Source of the DNA: Octopus bimaculoides
Lineage: Eukaryota
DNA: 63,704 nt
Assembly: GCF_001194135.2 (NCBI RefSeq)
Contig: NC_068989.1
Coordinates: 18,752,196 to 18,815,899, forward strand
Direction of reading: 5' to 3'
Shown: positions 11,242 through 24,300 of the stretch, in pieces
How positions within the stretch are numbered: position 1 is the stretch's first letter
Layout of the letters: each line of letters opens with the position of its first letter
Program-made: the position numbers and the translations under genes
Notes under the pieces: generated by a model
Seen by the model: only the letters and a program-made list of their open reading frames with translations
The model's database searches: none
Told to the model about the DNA's origin: nothing

Positions 11242-12831
11242 GTATGTATAATATTTCATAGTCTTTGGGTGGGTTGAATTTTTTTCTTGAGAATATCTTT
11301 TATTTTTACTTGTTTCAATCATTAGACTATGGCCATACTGGTGCACCGCTTTGAAGTTTTAGTCAAATGAATCAACCCCAGTGCTTTTTTTTAAAACCTG
11401 GTATTTATTCTATTAATCACTTTTGCCAAACCACTAAACATGGGAATGTAAACACACCAACACCAGTTATCAAGCAGTGGTTGAGAACAAACACAGACAC
11501 AAGATACATACATGCACACATACACACACGACGAGCTTCCTTCATTTTTTGTCTATCAAAACACTCACAAGACTTTGGTCAGCCCAAAGCTATAGTAGAA
11601 GATGCTTGCCCAAAGTGCCATGCAGTGAGACTGAACCCGAAACCATATGGTTGAGAAGCAAGCCATGCCTGTGTCTAAATTCACCTCCTTCATAGCTAGT
11701 TAATTCTGACTTTCATCTTATGGCTCTAGTTGTAACCAATAAATTGTTTAGAATATACAAACCCACACATCTTGATTCACTAGACATCCTATGATTAATG
11801 AATGTTTGGCTAGTAAATTTTGTTGCAGTTCATCATTCATCATTCACTCAGTATTGTAACATTAACCATTTCAAATTTCTTGACAGCATACTATCATTCT
11901 ATTTAGTATTTGAAATGTGTGGGCCCCAACAGAAAGCTTATATAAGGAAATTTGGATGTTTCATCGAGTGATTATATAAAAACATCCATGCTCCATTTTT
12001 TTATTACTACCCACTTTTCTGTCTCTCAAATATGTAAATATGCATCATATTTTTATGTCTCAATTTGCATGTCAAAGAGGCTATACTTTAAATATTACTT
12101 AAGATATTAATTTTTTTGTCAATTTTCTACCAATTAAATGCACTATCCAGCTTAACTGACATCCTAATTGGCCCCACCCTGTAGTGTATATCCAGTCCCC
12201 AATGAGCCAATTTCTATATAGAAACTCAATCTGCTACAAATAACAGCCAAATTTTCCCCAAATCACACCACCACTTCAAAGAAAGAAGGATTATGTAGTC
12301 TTAGATAAATAAATAAGATTGTATGATCAGTGTAAGTCTTCATGATAAAGGCTGACTTTGGTCTGAACAACAACCCAAGACCCATTTCCATCTTTAGCCC
12401 ATAAAGCTGCTGGGATTTTCACTTACATAGCATGGACTGCTGAGAACATTTTATGAAAATGACACTACCATGCACACATGAAAAACAAAAAATAGTTAAA
12501 ATATCTTCTTACTATATATTGGTGGCAAGTTTTACATCATCTGAAAAGTCATTAGTTGAACTAATACATTTCAACAAATGCCCATAAATTAAATGCATCC
12601 ATCTGGGTCACAATTATGGCCCGTCATGCTTTATGTGTTAATAACCATGTCACAAAGTGCAGATCAGAGAATATATGCAATGACTAATGTTTGTTCACAT
12701 CCAATATGATAATAGAATATCAAAGAACTGCAGCATTGAAGAAACAGTTACAATGTATTGAGATTGCAGAAATCTAATCTTATAATGTTTGTAGGTGCTT
12801 AAATCATTTAATATCATGATAATAATAATAA

Positions 12832-13378
12832 ATGCCAGTGGCTCTCATGGCTTCTGAACATAACTGACTGGAGCTGTTATCATGTACATTGTTTTGTTAA
12901 AAAAGATGGGCTACAGCAAATATTTTGTTCAATACCACAGATTTGCGTGTCAGTGTTTGACCTTAACCAGCTGACCACGTCCCTTAGTGGCTGACGATAT
13001 GTGCATCTCTGATCACAAGCAGAAGTAGTGGGGGAGCATCATAGCTATGTATTGAGAGGAATTTTGGGGGGTTTGGATAATTCACCTCTGGAAACATGGG
13101 TGTTTTGTTCAACATCCTTAAACAACCCTTATTCAGGGTCTTTTGAGCAGGATGGGCTACTCAACCTGAAGAAAATTCTAACTGGACCCCACTTGCAAAG
13201 GTCCTGTGCTGTTTATCTTGATATGAGATCACCATGTCGCACACATATGGTTGTGATGCATGTGCCTGGTGTACCCTTATCAGACGGGTAGTCATGATGG
13301 GTTTACTGGGCTTCATATATTTTACCTCAGTGTCACTTTGATGGCATGCACTGCTCTCTCACTCAATAATAATAATAT
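12832..13378 (+). mobile_element. Second retroposon family 3' end with (AAT)n tail (probably RTE-related)
   Basis: Closely similar copy in opposite orientation at about 60032-60545. Confidence 0.7.
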
Positions 13379-13436
13379 AACACAAGAGTTAAAAGAAATT
13401 TAATCTTATTTTTGTATGTTTTTTTTTTTTTTTCAG

Positions 13437-13706
13437 GCTCTAAGCATTAGTTTGACCAATATTATATTCAGACCACTGCAGTACATTGGACAGCATATTA
13501 GCACCTTCATCCGTGATATATGTGCACCTCTACCACTCTACATGCAGCCAATTATAATATTGCTGATGTTCTTTTCGATGCTGGTTTCACTGATGATCCT
13601 AAGTGGTTACTCTTTTTCTACCTTCTTTTTCTCTATCAGTAAAAGGAACAACAACGACAGCAACCAGGCTGTTCTCAACAAACTTGTACAAAAATTGGAG
13701 TTCTTA
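13437..13706 (+). CDS. CLCC1: CLCC1-like exon 6, amphipathic helix plus TM3 (ALSISLTNIIFRPLQYIGQHISTFIRDICAPLPLYMQPIIILLMFFSMLVSLMILSGY...)
   Basis: Acceptor poly-T-cag, donor TTA|gtatgt, phase 0-0. Aligns by eye to CLCC1 [33 protein letters not shown]. Confidence 0.9.
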
Positions 13707-14484
13707 GTATGTGTTTTTTTCACTTTTACTAATATTTTAATGAACCTCTTTGTTTTCTTTCTGTTCAGTTTTTGTAGCAACTCTGAGTATATTACACATA
13801 TACATACACTTTGATGATTATATACATAACACATACAAGCACAAGTTCATCACCAGCACCATTATCACACGAACCATTATTGTCATCAACACTTCGTCAT
13901 CATTGCTAAAGCAACTAAGACACCTCACATCAGTAAAACCCCAAAATGGAGGCATAACAAACTTGTCTCCTTCAAAAGCACCGACAATCATTGATGTCAT
14001 CATCATCATCATCATTTAACATCCACTTTCCATGCTAGCATTGTCGGACGATTTGACTGAGGACTGGTGGACCAGGTGGCTACACCAGGCTCCAATCTGA
14101 TTTGACAGAGTTTCTACAGCTGGATGCCCTTCCTAACGCCAACCACTCCGAGAACGTAGTGGGTGCTTTTTACATGCCACCGGCACGAGGGCCAGTCAGG
14201 TGGTACTAGCATCAACCACACTCAAATGTTTTTTTTTTTATGTGCCACGGGCACAGGAGCCAGTCAAGCAGCACTGGCAACGATGGTGCTTTTAACATGC
14301 CACTGGCACAGGTGCCAATCAGGTAGTAATGTCATCAGTCATGACAACGATTTCACTTACCTCAAGCACAGTTTATTGGCCAATGATTGAAGGGTACTCT
14401 TAAATGGGCTGGTTATGCTGCACTGGCATAGACCACAGTTATTCTCACTTGGCTTGCCTAGTCTTCTCAAGCAAATTATATATA

Positions 14485-14849
14485 TGTAGTGAAACTACCT
14501 CCCACCATTAGATACAAACTACTATCGCCATTACATACAATCTTCTCATTTAAATATAAATAAATGCGAGCGTTTTAGAGAACCCATTCCTTGTCCATCA
14601 CGTGACTGATCATTATTCGAATCGGCAACTTCTTCGAACCGTTCCCGCCAGAACGCAAACTGACCATGCTAGCATTGCCGATTCGAATAATGGTCATCTA
14701 TGTTATCGTCGTATAACATATCATATACATCACCTTTGATATATATATTTGTATGTTCGACCGTGTGACGCGTTTAAATAAAAGGAGTCCTCTGTTTTTC
14801 CATTCGTCACCATATCCCCTTTTATGAGTTCGCACGGTCGTCCCTTACA
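14485..14849. mobile_element. Solo LTR (365 bp)
   Basis: TGTA...TACA termini, TATA TSD within (TA)n, internal TATAAATA and AATAAA, CpG retained. Confidence 0.7.
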
Positions 14850-15489
14850 TATATAATATATGTTTATTTTTAAAAAAACAGAAATCACCATCTGATTGAT
14901 TAGTAAACCTTCACTGACCAACATACTCTGTCCACAGTCCACCAATGCACTGTCTCCTCTCCTTGTCACTTACAACATATTATCACTGGTCCATTAAACA
15001 TTATCTCTTCTCTCTATCACTTGTAAAATTTCTGTCCATGGTTCTTGTTTCTCTGAACTACCAAACTATGTACTTACCTGATCACCAATCTAACCCATTT
15101 TACCTGTCTTTTCTGCTCTCTTTACTTTTTTTCACACTCCAATTTTTATACCAGTTAAATCTTTCTTCCCTGGAATAGCTGTCCTTGGAACTTCCACTCC
15201 TTTCCACATTTTCCTTAACCTTTTAGTGTTTAAACCAACTATATTTGGCCCAAATATTTTCAAACTGGCTAGATCCAGCCTGTCATATGTCCTCTGCAAT
15301 ATCAATCTAAAAATAAGCAATTACTTCATAAAAATCTTGAAATTACAAGATCATCATCCTTATCATCATTTGTACATCCATTTTCCATGCTGGCATGGGT
15401 TAGATGGTTTGACTGGAACTGATAAGCTAGAGAGCTGCACCAGGCTCCAGTCCATTTTGGCTTGGTTTCTACAGCTGGATGCCCTTCTC

Positions 15490-15900
15490 ACTTTACTGAC
15501 AGCATCTCTGTACATGGCTTGTACAGCTATCACAAGACACTCATCTATCACTAGCCCCCTTAGAGCCCATCATATCACACAGCAGGCTAGTCTATCGGAG
15601 GCTTTCTCTAGATCAATGAATGCCAGATATAATGGTTTATTCTTAGCTAAGTTGCAGTTGCCTGACTAAGAAAATAGCATCAGTAGTGCCTCTCCCCAGG
15701 ACGAAGCCTGACTGCATTTTGTCTAACCTAATTTCACCCCTAATTAATTAGATTATAACTCTCCATAATTTTCATCACCTGGCCCAAGAGTTTGATGCCT
15801 CTATGATTGCTTCTAAGGCATCTCCCCTTCCCTTGTAGCAGCTAACAATTATGCTGCTACACCAGTCATTGAGTATTACACCTTCCTGGACTATGTGGTT
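15490..15900 (-). mobile_element. RTE reverse-transcriptase fragment
   Basis: EGVILNDWCSSIIVSCYKGRGDAL, LYLAFIDLEKA and AVQAMYRDAVSKVR on the minus strand, frameshifted. Confidence 0.8.
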
Positions 15901-16581
15901 TGGAAACAGGTAAAGGCTTGCTTCAGGAAGCGTATCTAGCTGAAGAAATTCTAGCGCAACAAATCTTACCTGACCCATGCAAGTATGAGAAAATAGGCAT
16001 TAAAAATGATGATGATGACTATTGCACAAAAGGTTACGATACATCATCATCATCATTGTCGTTTAACCTCCGCTTTCCATGCTAGCATGGGTTGGACAAT
16101 TTGACTGAGGACTGGTGAAACCGGATGGCAACACCAGCCTCCAATCTGATTTGGCAGAGTTTCTACAGCTGGATGCCCTTCCTAACGNNNNNNNNNNTGA
16201 TTTGGCAGAGTTTCTACAGCTGGATGCCCTTCCTAACGCCAACCACTCAGAGAGTGTAGTGGGTGCTTTTACGTGTCACCCGCATGAAGGCCAGTCAGGC
16301 GATATCATCTCATCCACTTCTATCAACCTACAAGAAACAGTAAGCATCTAAAAGTTGTTTTTGTTTTTTTTAATACTTTGATATGTAGCATTTACCATTC
16401 AGTTTCTGCACTTTTCCAGTCTAATGTTACTCAACTGATATTTTCCAAATAACTCTGCACTACTGGCTTAAGATTATTCTTAATTTTTCTGATATACTTC
16501 TTCCAGGATAATTGTTTCTTTGCTTATTTGTTGATATACATATATATGCAAATATATATCTACATACACATGTATTTTCAG

Positions 16582-16719
16582 GAAGATAGGCAACCAACTA
16601 AAGATCAAATCGAAGATGTTGCATCATTATTAAAGAAGTACATAAAGACCAATGAAGACATAAAATCTTTGGACTACAAAAGTAATGACTCGGCCACAAT
16701 GGCTAGTGGTGATGCTTAA
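16582..16719 (+). CDS. CLCC1: CLCC1-like probable last coding exon (EDRQPTKDQIEDVASLLKKY...ASGDA*)
   Basis: Acceptor gtattttcag, phase 0, open to TAA. Low-complexity cytosolic tail; the link to the gene is inferred from phase and position. Confidence 0.6.
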   Translation, partial: EDRQPTKDQIEDVASLLKKYIKTNEDIKSLDYKSNDSATMASGDA

Positions 16720-17974
16720 TCTTATGGCTACATAAGGATCCTAATTTAATATCATCCTACTAATAATGAAATAACAGCAAAGCCTGGACAATATGTACTA
16801 ACATTGAAATATTCTGTAAAGTGTCTGATTGAGAAAATATGTAATAAGAATGCAAATGCAAGCTCTAAGAAGGACCATGAAACAGAAAAAGCTCAAACGG
16901 ACAAAAGCATTAGAGTACCACCAAGAATGGTCACTGTTGATTTAGTGCTTGAGCAAGAATACTCATGACTTCATTATGTTAACAGAATATGTTCTCAAAA
17001 TGCATAACATCTGCACTGATGATACTCAGCACTGTCCAGACCCATTATCTAATATCAGCTAGGGTTGGAAGTAAACTGTGCACTACTTTCAAAAATAATC
17101 TCAACCTGTCTGACTATAATAACTTCCTTTACTCAGCTGTCTCCCATATTTTCTGTGTACATTGGCTAGCTAAACCCATGATGAATTGTTTTGGTCACAA
17201 TACTTCACCTGCCTTTGCTACTCTGACTGGATATCCATTTGTTCTGTGTCCTTAACTTCACCTATAAGTTCTGCACCAACTTGTCATTGATTTCATTTCT
17301 AGGGTGATTTCAGCAGCCTTTCTCATACTCTTTTTCCTTCCGGCCAACACTATTAGCTGGACAATAGGATTCATCAGTTCTCTTTATATTATGTGGCAGC
17401 AGGCTTTTACTACTTAAAACTTCTCCAACAATATAACTGGACAACAGAGTGCTTGGATAAAGAAAGGTAAATTAATTATTCTATAAAAAAAAAACACATC
17501 ACTTTTGATATGTGACAATTAGTTACACATTACAACCTCTGACTCTAGATGTGCTGCCTCCTTTCCCTGCCTTTTTGATAACTACACCAGTGGTCTCTGT
17601 TCCTTGGAGTTAGCTATTATTGTACGACTTTCTCCTTTCAGATACTCCCAACTCATTCATCTCACCTCCTATCAACACAGTACATCCAGTACATTAGTCT
17701 TCTGGAATTCTCTCTTCACACATTTTGCTCTAACTGTCTACTTACATCTATTGAAGAAGTACATTAACTACATCAATCTTTACAGTCTCAGAAAGCTTGT
17801 AACGGTCAGAAGCAAAATCCTTCCTCCAGATCAATATAATAACAAGAAAAGAAAACCCATTGGTTGGGTGTGATATTTCATCCACTGTTTGGGTACCTGT
17901 TTCATGTATATACCTGAATAGTTTGAAAAGTTGTAAATAATCTAGAACATGAAAAAACTACACCTTGTTGGTGC

Positions 17975-18818
17975 TGTGGAGAACATTTGTTCTCAGCCAC
18001 CAAGACAACTACTCCCAATTTTGGTTGCCACATAGCATCAAACTACCAGTGGAGCTCAAAACAATTGAGTGCTGTTACACCAAGAAGATTGTCTCTGTGC
18101 AACAGATAAGCCACTGGGAGAGTCTGAAAGAAGTGAGGCTCTACTCCATAGAGCAAAGGTGCAAAAGATATGCAGTGGTGTCATTGTACCCCAGAGCAAC
18201 TTATGGATACATAAGAGGTGTAATGAACTTGAAGGAAGGTTAACAGAGAAAGTAGTATTTGTGTGTGGTATGTGTGCCAAGTACAATAAACACTAAGAAT
18301 ATACACGAAATAGATTTCCTCAAATGTCCAAGAGAATCCTTGGAGGTAGTAGACCGTTTTTGTTACCTGGATGACCAAATTAGCAGCAATGGGGGTTGCT
18401 CTGAAAGTGTAGTTTCTAGAATAAGAACCAGCTGAGCAAAGTTCAGATATTTGTCCTCATCTTGTCTGTTGTTAACACAACGTTTCAGTTGATATACCCT
18501 CCAGCCTTCATCAGGTGTCTTGGGGAAATTTCGAACCCGTAAATAATGTACATAATTCCTCATCTCTTAAATATAGAACTGTTATTACCTTTGTTGGTAA
18601 CAAAGTGCTTGTCTCTCAGAGTGAAAGGCAGACTGTTTGATGCCTGTGTACAGACAATTATGCTACATAGCAGCAAAATATGGGCTGTGACTGCAGAAGA
18701 CATACAAAGGCTTAAAAGAAATGAAGTCAGCATGCTCTGCTTGATGTGCAATGTCAGTGTACATGTAAAACAAAGCGTGAATGTTTTGAGAGAAAAATTG
18801 GCTATAAGAAGCATCAGT
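17975..18818 (+). mobile_element. Degraded RTE ORF2 fragment with Cys/His finger, interrupted by a Penelope-like fragment
   Basis: WIHKRC...FVCGMC, FCYLDDQISS.GGCSESV.SRIR, LLPLLVTK.LSLRVKGRLFDACV. Confidence 0.8.
18475..18518 (-). ncRNA. Minimal type-I hammerhead ribozyme motif in a Penelope-like repeat fragment (about 18451-18573)
   Basis: Minus strand ACAC-CTGATGA-aGGCTG...CAACT-GAAACGTT-GTGT: core boxes present, stem I ACAC/GTGT, palindromic AACGTT stem III, imperfect stem II. Confidence 0.6.
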
Positions 18819-20869
18819 TGAGCACTGGAGTTGATGTAATCGACTTTCTTCCTCCACCAAAATTTCAGGCCTTGTGCCTATAGTGGAAAGGGTAGTTAGT
18901 ATCTGGTTGAGAAAATGTCAATGAGAATGCAGAGACAACCTGTGAGAAGGAACCTGAAGATGAAAAAAACTCAAATTTTCAAAAATATCAGAATAGTATC
19001 AAAAATCTCAATTATCATAGAAACCTATAAATACCAACACAACCTTATTACTGAAGTGATTTAATGTTTTTTTTTTGTTTTTTTTTGTTTTGTTTTGGAT
19101 TTGGGGATGGTTCACAATAAAATTGTAACAATTCAATTTATAAAGAGTATAAATTTTTGATATGGATATTTTTGAATAAAAATAAACTCCATAAATCATC
19201 ATCATCGTCATTATCATTTAACATCTGCTCTCTACGCTGGCATGGGTTAGACAGTTTGACTGGAGCTGATGAGCTGGAGAGCTGTACCAGGTTCCAGTCT
19301 GGTTTGGCATGGTTTCTACAGCTGGATGCCCTTTCTAATACCAACCACTCTGAGAGTGTAAGGGGTGCTTTGTGGTCACTAGACCTGCTAGAAATTGCAA
19401 TGAAATGTCCATCAATCACACATCATACTTTCTTTTAAGAAAGAATACATTTGATATGCTAAATCTGAAAGAAAAGAGTAGATGACTGAAAAAACTTAGC
19501 TTCATAAGTCTGCAGTGTCAAACTAACCTAAGTCTAAGCAACAGTGACAGCAGTCATTTGTGTATGTAATTAGCTGTTTAGGATTATGGAGTTTTCCAAG
19601 GTCAGTTTAATGTAAGCCTACTACTATTCACCTCTAACAGTTCTGTATAACTCTGACAGTTGAAATAAAAACAACTCATTTTAAATGGGGCTAGTGTACT
19701 CTTCCCATACCTACTCTGCTGGTACAAGGGCTGAATCATTTGCCACCAGTTAGTCTCATCACCTTAATGTTGGATTAAGGCCAACTGATGCCCTAAGCAA
19801 AGCCCAACAGTGGTTTCCTCTTAGCTTTTTATTGCCTAACTGACAACACATTGATTTAAGATGTTAGTGCTAAATATGATTTAATAGATTAAAAATTGAT
19901 TTTTCTTCCAGGCTTGATCACACAGCTGTATTGAATATAGCCGTTTGATTAACCATTAAATATCAGTAATCAATATAAACAAATTATTGGCACGTGAAAA
20001 GACATTCGAGCGAGGTGGTTGCCAGTGCCGCTGGACTGGCTCCTGTGCAGGTGGCATGTAAAATACACCATTTTGAGCGTGGCCGTTGCCAGTACCACCT
20101 GACTGGCCTTCGTGCCGGTGGCACGTAAAAGCACCCACTACACTCTCGGAGTGGTTGGCATTAGAAAGGGCATCCAGCTGTAGAAACTCTGCCAAATCAG
20201 ATTGGAGCCTGGTGTAGCCATCTGGTTCACCAGTCCTCAGTCAAATCGTCCAACCCATGCTAGCATGGAAAGCGGACATTAAACGATGATGATGATGAAT
20301 TAGAGCAACAGCAAAAAATGTTAATTTTCGTCATCATCATTTTATTCTTGTTTTCTTTGCTGACAAGATTGCAAAGGTCTGCACAGTTGGAATCAGTGCG
20401 TATTCAGTGGGTACTGCTTGTCGAGACAGGTTTGAGGGTATCTTGTTTGGATCTCACTTTTGGCTTGGTTTCTACAACTGGATGTATTTCTAATGCTGTT
20501 TACATTTTCATGACACCAGTACCCTAGAAGCAACCATGTCCTCAACATGAGTAAACTAGCTATCAGTTATGATGACGAGGGTTCCAGTTGATCTGATCAC
20601 TGAAATAGCCTGCTCGTGAAATTAATGTGCAAGTAGCTGAGCTCTCCACAGACACATGTACCCCTAACGTAGTTCACAGAGAGATTCAGTGTGATACAGA
20701 ATGTGACATGGTTGGCCCTTTGAATTACAGGCACTACTAATTTTTGCTAGCTGAGTGCACTGGAGCAAGGTGGAATAAAGTGTCTTGCTGAAGGACACAG
20801 CACACTGCCAGGAATTGAACTCAGAATTTTATGATCATGAGCCAATTAATCTAACTACTAAGCCACACA

Positions 20870-21330
20870 CCTTCATCAATGTGAATAAAAGAACGTCACA
20901 AACCCCACATCTCTGCTTGCTTGTCAGCTTCTTTATCAAGTGTAAATCATGAATGATTGAGGCACTGAAATAAGTGACAAGTGGGATGTGTGTGATAGGA
21001 GTTCTCAGCATTCTGAAATTGGCCTTGACAAAGTATTGAAGGCCGATCTCAAAACACTGAGCCTTATGATGGTGATGACAAGGGACTGAGATATCTGGCA
21101 CACTGTTGTACTGAAGAAGACCTATGCACCACAACAGAATTGATACCGGTGCTGATGCCACTTAAAAAGCATCCAGTACACTCTGTGGAATGGTTGGTAT
21201 TAGAAAGGGCATCCTGCTGTAAAAACCATGCCAGAACAAACAATGGAGCTTGATGCGGCTCCTGGCCTTACCAGCTCCAGTCAAACCATCCGACCCATAC
21301 CAGCATGGAAAACAGATGTTAAATGATGAG
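20870..21330 (+). mobile_element. Old RTE 3' end with ORF2 C-terminus
   Basis: Encodes VLKADLKTLSLMMVMTRD.DIWHTVVLKKT followed by a degenerate GAT tail. Confidence 0.7.
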
Positions 21331-24300
21331 GTATGTATTGTCAAGGCAATGTGATTGAGATAGCAGGACAATGACAGAAATTTGTGTGACCCAGAGTATG
21401 TAGGGGGAAAACAGCAAGAGTATAATGAAAGAGTGATTACAGGCTGTAGAGGAGAGAGGGCATACTGGATACAAGTGCTGCAACCAATTCACAAGCTTCA
21501 AGGTGAGCCAGAGAGGTCAAGTGATAATGGTGGAGGCAGAGAGAATGAAAGTTAAACGAGATCCTGTATCAGTGAAGAGCGGGAAAGAGCATCGGGTAAA
21601 TAGAGAGATAGAGTATAGCGGTATCTTTAGTTACACTGGATGCGTAGCACAGTAATATTGAAAAAAAAGGGAAAGAGTGATTGAGAGATGAGTAACAGAT
21701 ATGGGTGGAAGAGTGCTGTGTATGACCAACAGAAGATGGAAGAATAAAGGTTTGGGTGGGGAAAGCAAGTGAAATAAAGGCATCAGTAAAAGAGACATGG
21801 GCGACAGTGATATGAGCTATAGACAAATGAGTAATCAGGATGTGTGGTGCGAGTAACATCAGATAAGTGTCAAGCCATAGATGGACAAGAAGCTATCAAA
21901 GAGACAAGTGACGCCGACTTGACCGCTGATACATATATATATATATAAAGGGCATTACTACAGAATAATGCCACACACTAGACTTCCCAAATAAACACAT
22001 TTTAGTACCGAATGCGAGGAAAACAACTTTTGAAAGAGACCAACATTTAAAAAAAAATAAACTCAACTATATATCGACCGATTTCACGAATAAGTATATT
22101 CTTGGGAATAGAAATTTCCCTTACAAATTTTTTTGCACACTAGCTTCCTGATAAAATTCTTGTAAAAGATTTTATCCTTTTTTGATTTTATATATATATA
22201 TATATATATATAGGAGTNNNNNNNNNNNNNNTGGCTGTGTGGTAAGTAGCTTGCTTACCAACCACATGGTCCCGGGTTCAGTCCCACTGCGTGGCATCTT
22301 GGGCAAGTGTCTTCTACTATAGCCTCGGGCCGACCAATGCCTTGTGAGTGGATTTGGTAGACGGAAACTGAAAGAAGCCTGTCGTATATATGTATACATA
22401 TATATATATGTATGTGTGTATGTGTTTGTATGTCTGTGTTTGTCCCCTCAACATCGCTTGACAACCGATGCTGGTGTGTTTATGTCCCCGTAACTTAGCG
22501 GTTCGGCAAAAGAGACCGAAAGAATAAGTACTAGGCTTCCAAAGAATAAGTCCTGGGGTCGATTTGCTCGACTAAAGGCGGTGTTCCAGCATGGCCACAG
22601 TCAAAAGACTGAAACAAGTAAAAGAGTAAAAGAGTAAAAGAATATATATATATATACACACATACATACATGCATACACACACACACACACATACACATC
22701 TACTTTCAAGTTGGCATCACTGACCTCTTTAATGGCCTTACTTTGCAGTTACGTCACATCTTTATACAGCTGTCCCCCTCCATATGTTTTACATAGCCAT
22801 ACCAATGAAGCTTTCTCTTCTGTTATTTAAAACTCTGTGGTGTGTATCTATCCTTCTGTTGATGCTCAAAACATAGACTTATACTGTTTAATGGTTGATC
22901 TAAGCCTGCCTCATCTGCACCAGTATCATCATTTTATGCCTGCTTTCCATGTGGGCATGGATTGGATGTGTTGTCACAGTTTGAGTCCTTATGTGGAATT
23001 ATTGCCCTCCAAATATCCCTGAACAAACCAAACCAAAAACCCTTCACCTCTTTCTTACTGTCAGACATGGCCAGGCTATCGCCCTTACTGATAGAAATGA
23101 TAATAAGCAAGCATTTTGAATTTATCTCCCTCCACAGTAACCACCTGCACAGCTTTCATGAAGCCAAATTTATGGAAGAACAGGACCAGCATGTTACTAG
23201 TGGTCCTGGTCTCTTGAGATCTTCAGAAAGAGAGAGCAATAGTTATTGCACTTAACTTCAGCAAAAACCTTTTCTCTATGGTAGAAGGTCCTACAGTCTT
23301 TCATCCCCTCAGTAGGAAATTCCCTGTCAGTATGTTGTGCTACCCTCCACCAAGGTCCAATCGATTCACTTCTCTATATATTATATTCCCCTCCTACCCA
23401 AGCTTCACTCTGACTATTTACCCTCTCCTTCATTCTCATAATCTCAACCTTCTGGTAATTTATCCCTATTCAGCATTAAGAAGGACATCTAGCCATAAAA
23501 ACCATGCCAAAACAGGCCTCACCAGTGTTGACGCCATGTAAAAACCACCCAGTTCACTCTGTAAAGTGGTCGGTATTAGGAAAGGCATCCAGCCATAAAA
23601 AACCATGCAAAAACAGACAGTAAAACTTGATGCAATCCCTTGGCTTGTCATCTCCTAAACCGTCCAACCCATATCAGCATGGGAAAACGGACATTAAACG
23701 ATGATGAATATCAATCTCATCGATCTTATAATGCAGGTGAAGGTTATAGGCATGAATCCTTTCTCTAGACAAACCATTAAAACAAAAATATTGTAGAACG
23801 GTTTACCTTTAGCACAAAACACAATTTTACTCTTTTAGTGACTGTATCAAACTAACAAATTCTAAAGTGGATGCTCGACATGCTAGAAACAGCGACCAAA
23901 TCACAATCCAAAGGAGAAGGTCACATTGGAGGATGTAGTCTAAACAAAGATATGATCACAACAGTTAAAAATGCCTCTGATCATAGATCTTACTCAAGCA
24001 GGGCTAGCCAACAGGGATAGTCCGTTTCTTAAATTTAATTATCCACTGTTTTAATCTGTTTCTTCCCTTTGGATTTTTAAATCGTTTCTTCCTCCAAAAG
24101 AATTGAAAGCTTTGTTTTAACAAAATTGAAATACAAACGATAAATTGTATTTCTCATTTCCGTCTATGCATCATGGAGTGGTTTCTACAATGAAAATAAA
24201 AAGTTGTTTTGTTTTCCTTGTCAGACAATGGTTAATAGAGACTAGTATTTAAAAAAAAAATACTTAAAAACTCGTCTCATCACGCTCACACAAAGCATAA

